64,000 bases of DNA from Vicugna vicugna (taxonomy: Eukaryota), in assembly GCA_013265495.1 (NCBI GenBank), contig MU057947.1, forward strand, positions 692,048 to 756,047, read 5' to 3'. Made by a program: the position numbers and the translations under genes. The notes beneath the pieces were generated by a model, which saw only the letters and a list, made by a program, of their open reading frames with translations, did not search any database and was not told the origin of the DNA. Below are positions 62,697 to 64,000 of this stretch, piece by piece (positions within the stretch are counted from its first letter, which is position 1; each line of letters starts with the position of its first letter).

Positions 62697-62809
62697 CTTT
62701 CCAGTTCCTTTTTTGAGCATTAGTTCATCAAAGTGAAATATGCCACCGACTTCACAAAAGGGCCAGTTTGTCTTCTCCACGGTAACGTCCTCAGCACCCA
62801 GCAGAGAGC
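62697..62809 (-). CDS. EBF3: EBF3 alternative cassette exon (113 nt) giving a longer alternative C-terminus
   Basis: gtgccag|GC TCT CTG...GGA AAG|gtatca encodes (G)SLLGAEDVTVEKTNWPFCEVGGIFHFDELMLKKGTGK and shifts the last exon to LCLGW* (stop at 61628-61630). This matches my recollection of the long human EBF3 isoform C-terminus. Confidence 0.8.
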
Positions 62810-62855
62810 CTGGCACATAGTAGGCGCTCAGTAAATACTGGTTCAATGGATTCAT
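62740..62855 (+). mobile_element. L2 3' end overlapping the EBF3 cassette exon acceptor
   Basis: cagcacccagcagagagcctggcacatagtaggcgctcagtaaatactggttcaatgga is close to the L2 3' consensus (gcctggcacatagtaggcgctcaataaatatttgttgaatga). Confidence 0.85.
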
Positions 62856-63836
62856 TTTTTTAAAGGAGTAACTGGATTTGATTCTCACCGGGAGGAGCAT
62901 ATACCAAAGGTGTTGTCTGAAAGAGGCCAGATGACGGCCACTTAATTTCAGTGCCTTGGGCCTCAGTCCATCACCAAGAGCCACGTGGAGGCTCACGAGA
63001 CCGAGGGGCCCTCACATGGCCCCGCCTGCCACTCGCACCACAGCCACTGCCCAGAGGGCCCCGGGTGGGCGCTGGGCGCCTGCCCCTCGCGCCCTGTCGG
63101 TGGGCGGCGGTGTCAGGAGGGGCCTCCCGCTGCCCTGGGGCGGGACCATCTCCCTCCTGAGTCTTTGAAAGAGGTCACCCAGAAAAACCAACGCCCGCCT
63201 GGCGTGGGTGCATGCGCCGCCCTGGGTCTAGGGGCAGCGCCCTTCCAGGGACACCGCCGCCTGATGGGCCCCAGTCCTGTTAGACCAGGCTGAGCGTGAA
63301 GGCTCAGGTCAGGACAGCGAGAGCAGGCTGGCTCCGCGGTGGGCACGCGGACCCACCACCCCAGGCCTGTGGCAGTCCCGCTGCCCTGCAGACGAGACGG
63401 CGGGCCCAGGAGCCGCGGGCCAGCACTGCCCTCGCTGCTCGCTGACTGGGACTGAACGCGGTCCCGCTTTCTTCCCCGTGTGGTTCTGCTCCCTGCGGGT
63501 AGGGGCTGCTCTGCGTGAGGACACTCAGGTTATGCTGGAAGGCTGAGGAAATCGTTTTCTTCAACCCAGAGGAAGAATCGGGTGGTGGGAGGCGTGTCTA
63601 CGAACACGGTAGGGGCGGGGGGAGCTGCGTTGCTTCTGGCAGACAAAGGGCAGCATGCAGCGGACAGGTGGCCTCGCGAGGTGCAAGGAGCCCGAGGATG
63701 AGCCCGAGGGGAGGGCGGAGCGCCCGCCCCCCCCACCCCCAGGGAGACACCCGCACCCCCGGGGCCCAGCCCGGCCTGCCCCGGGCACCTCGGGGGTGCT
63801 CCCAGGCCGTGGCCTCAGGCCAGCGCACGCCCTCAC

Positions 63837-64000
63837 CTTGCAGTCCATTCCCGTTGGCGCTGGTGCAGGAAGGAGGAGGGGAAGCTTGGGGCCGGACCAC
63901 GGGCGCGAAGGCGCTCTTTTGTTTCACTGCAGAGATGACATTGGCAGGTGAGAATGAGAAAATGCCGTGTGTACTGCTACAGTTTGAAGGGAGGGTGACC
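63837..64000 (-). CDS. EBF3: EBF3 penultimate constitutive coding exon (5' part truncated by the window edge)
   Basis: Translates [54 protein letters not shown], with donor [22 protein letters not shown] is the conserved EBF C-terminal motif. Confidence 0.97.

Noticed and set aside
62537..62810. RE1/REST-like motifs (tcggcaccgtgtggacagcggg; tcagcacccagcagagagcc)
   Set aside because: The first has a wrong 4-nt spacer and the second has mismatches at the critical GG of the right half-site.
63598..63836. ORF continuing past EBF3 NGLQ ([10 protein letters not shown]...)
   Set aside because: Lies beyond a strong CAAG|GTGAGG donor. It is intronic read-through, and the sequence alone gives no support for intron retention.
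1..64000. CRISPR arrays, tRNA/rRNA genes, operons or horizontally acquired microbial DNA
   Set aside because: No repeat-spacer arrays, cloverleaf structures or prokaryote-like coding density were seen. The whole window is consistent with the mammalian MGMT-EBF3 locus.

Overview
This is mammalian genomic DNA, GC-rich, most likely a cetartiodactyl and plausibly a camelid (judged from the young LINE-1 3' ends). It covers the tail-to-tail MGMT/EBF3 interval. On the + strand are the last two coding exons of MGMT (931-1070, and 7240-7449 with the PCHR active site) and an ATTAAA poly(A) signal at 7522. On the - strand is the 3' end of EBF3: the penultimate coding exon (63837 to beyond 64000), a 113-nt cassette exon (62697-62809), the terminal coding exon (61614-61645) and a ~2.6 kb 3'UTR ending near 58975. 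The ~51 kb between the genes holds decayed L1, L2, MIR, MaLR and hAT-Charlie elements, a 300-bp (TG)/(TCTG) microsatellite, a 37-N assembly gap and several AT-rich, homeobox-motif-dense blocks that look like enhancers. Nearly all ORFs in the supplied track are GC-content artefacts. Most notable: (1) MGMT carries Ala at the position of human Pro140, the substitution known to reduce sensitivity to O6-benzylguanine; (2) the EBF3 frame-switching cassette exon is exonised from an antisense L2 3' end; (3) old transposons show strong AT-to-GC drift; (4) a TATTGAT cluster lies in the last MGMT intron. I found no wholly new multi-gene system. Repeat family names and boundaries come from recalled consensus sequences and are approximate.
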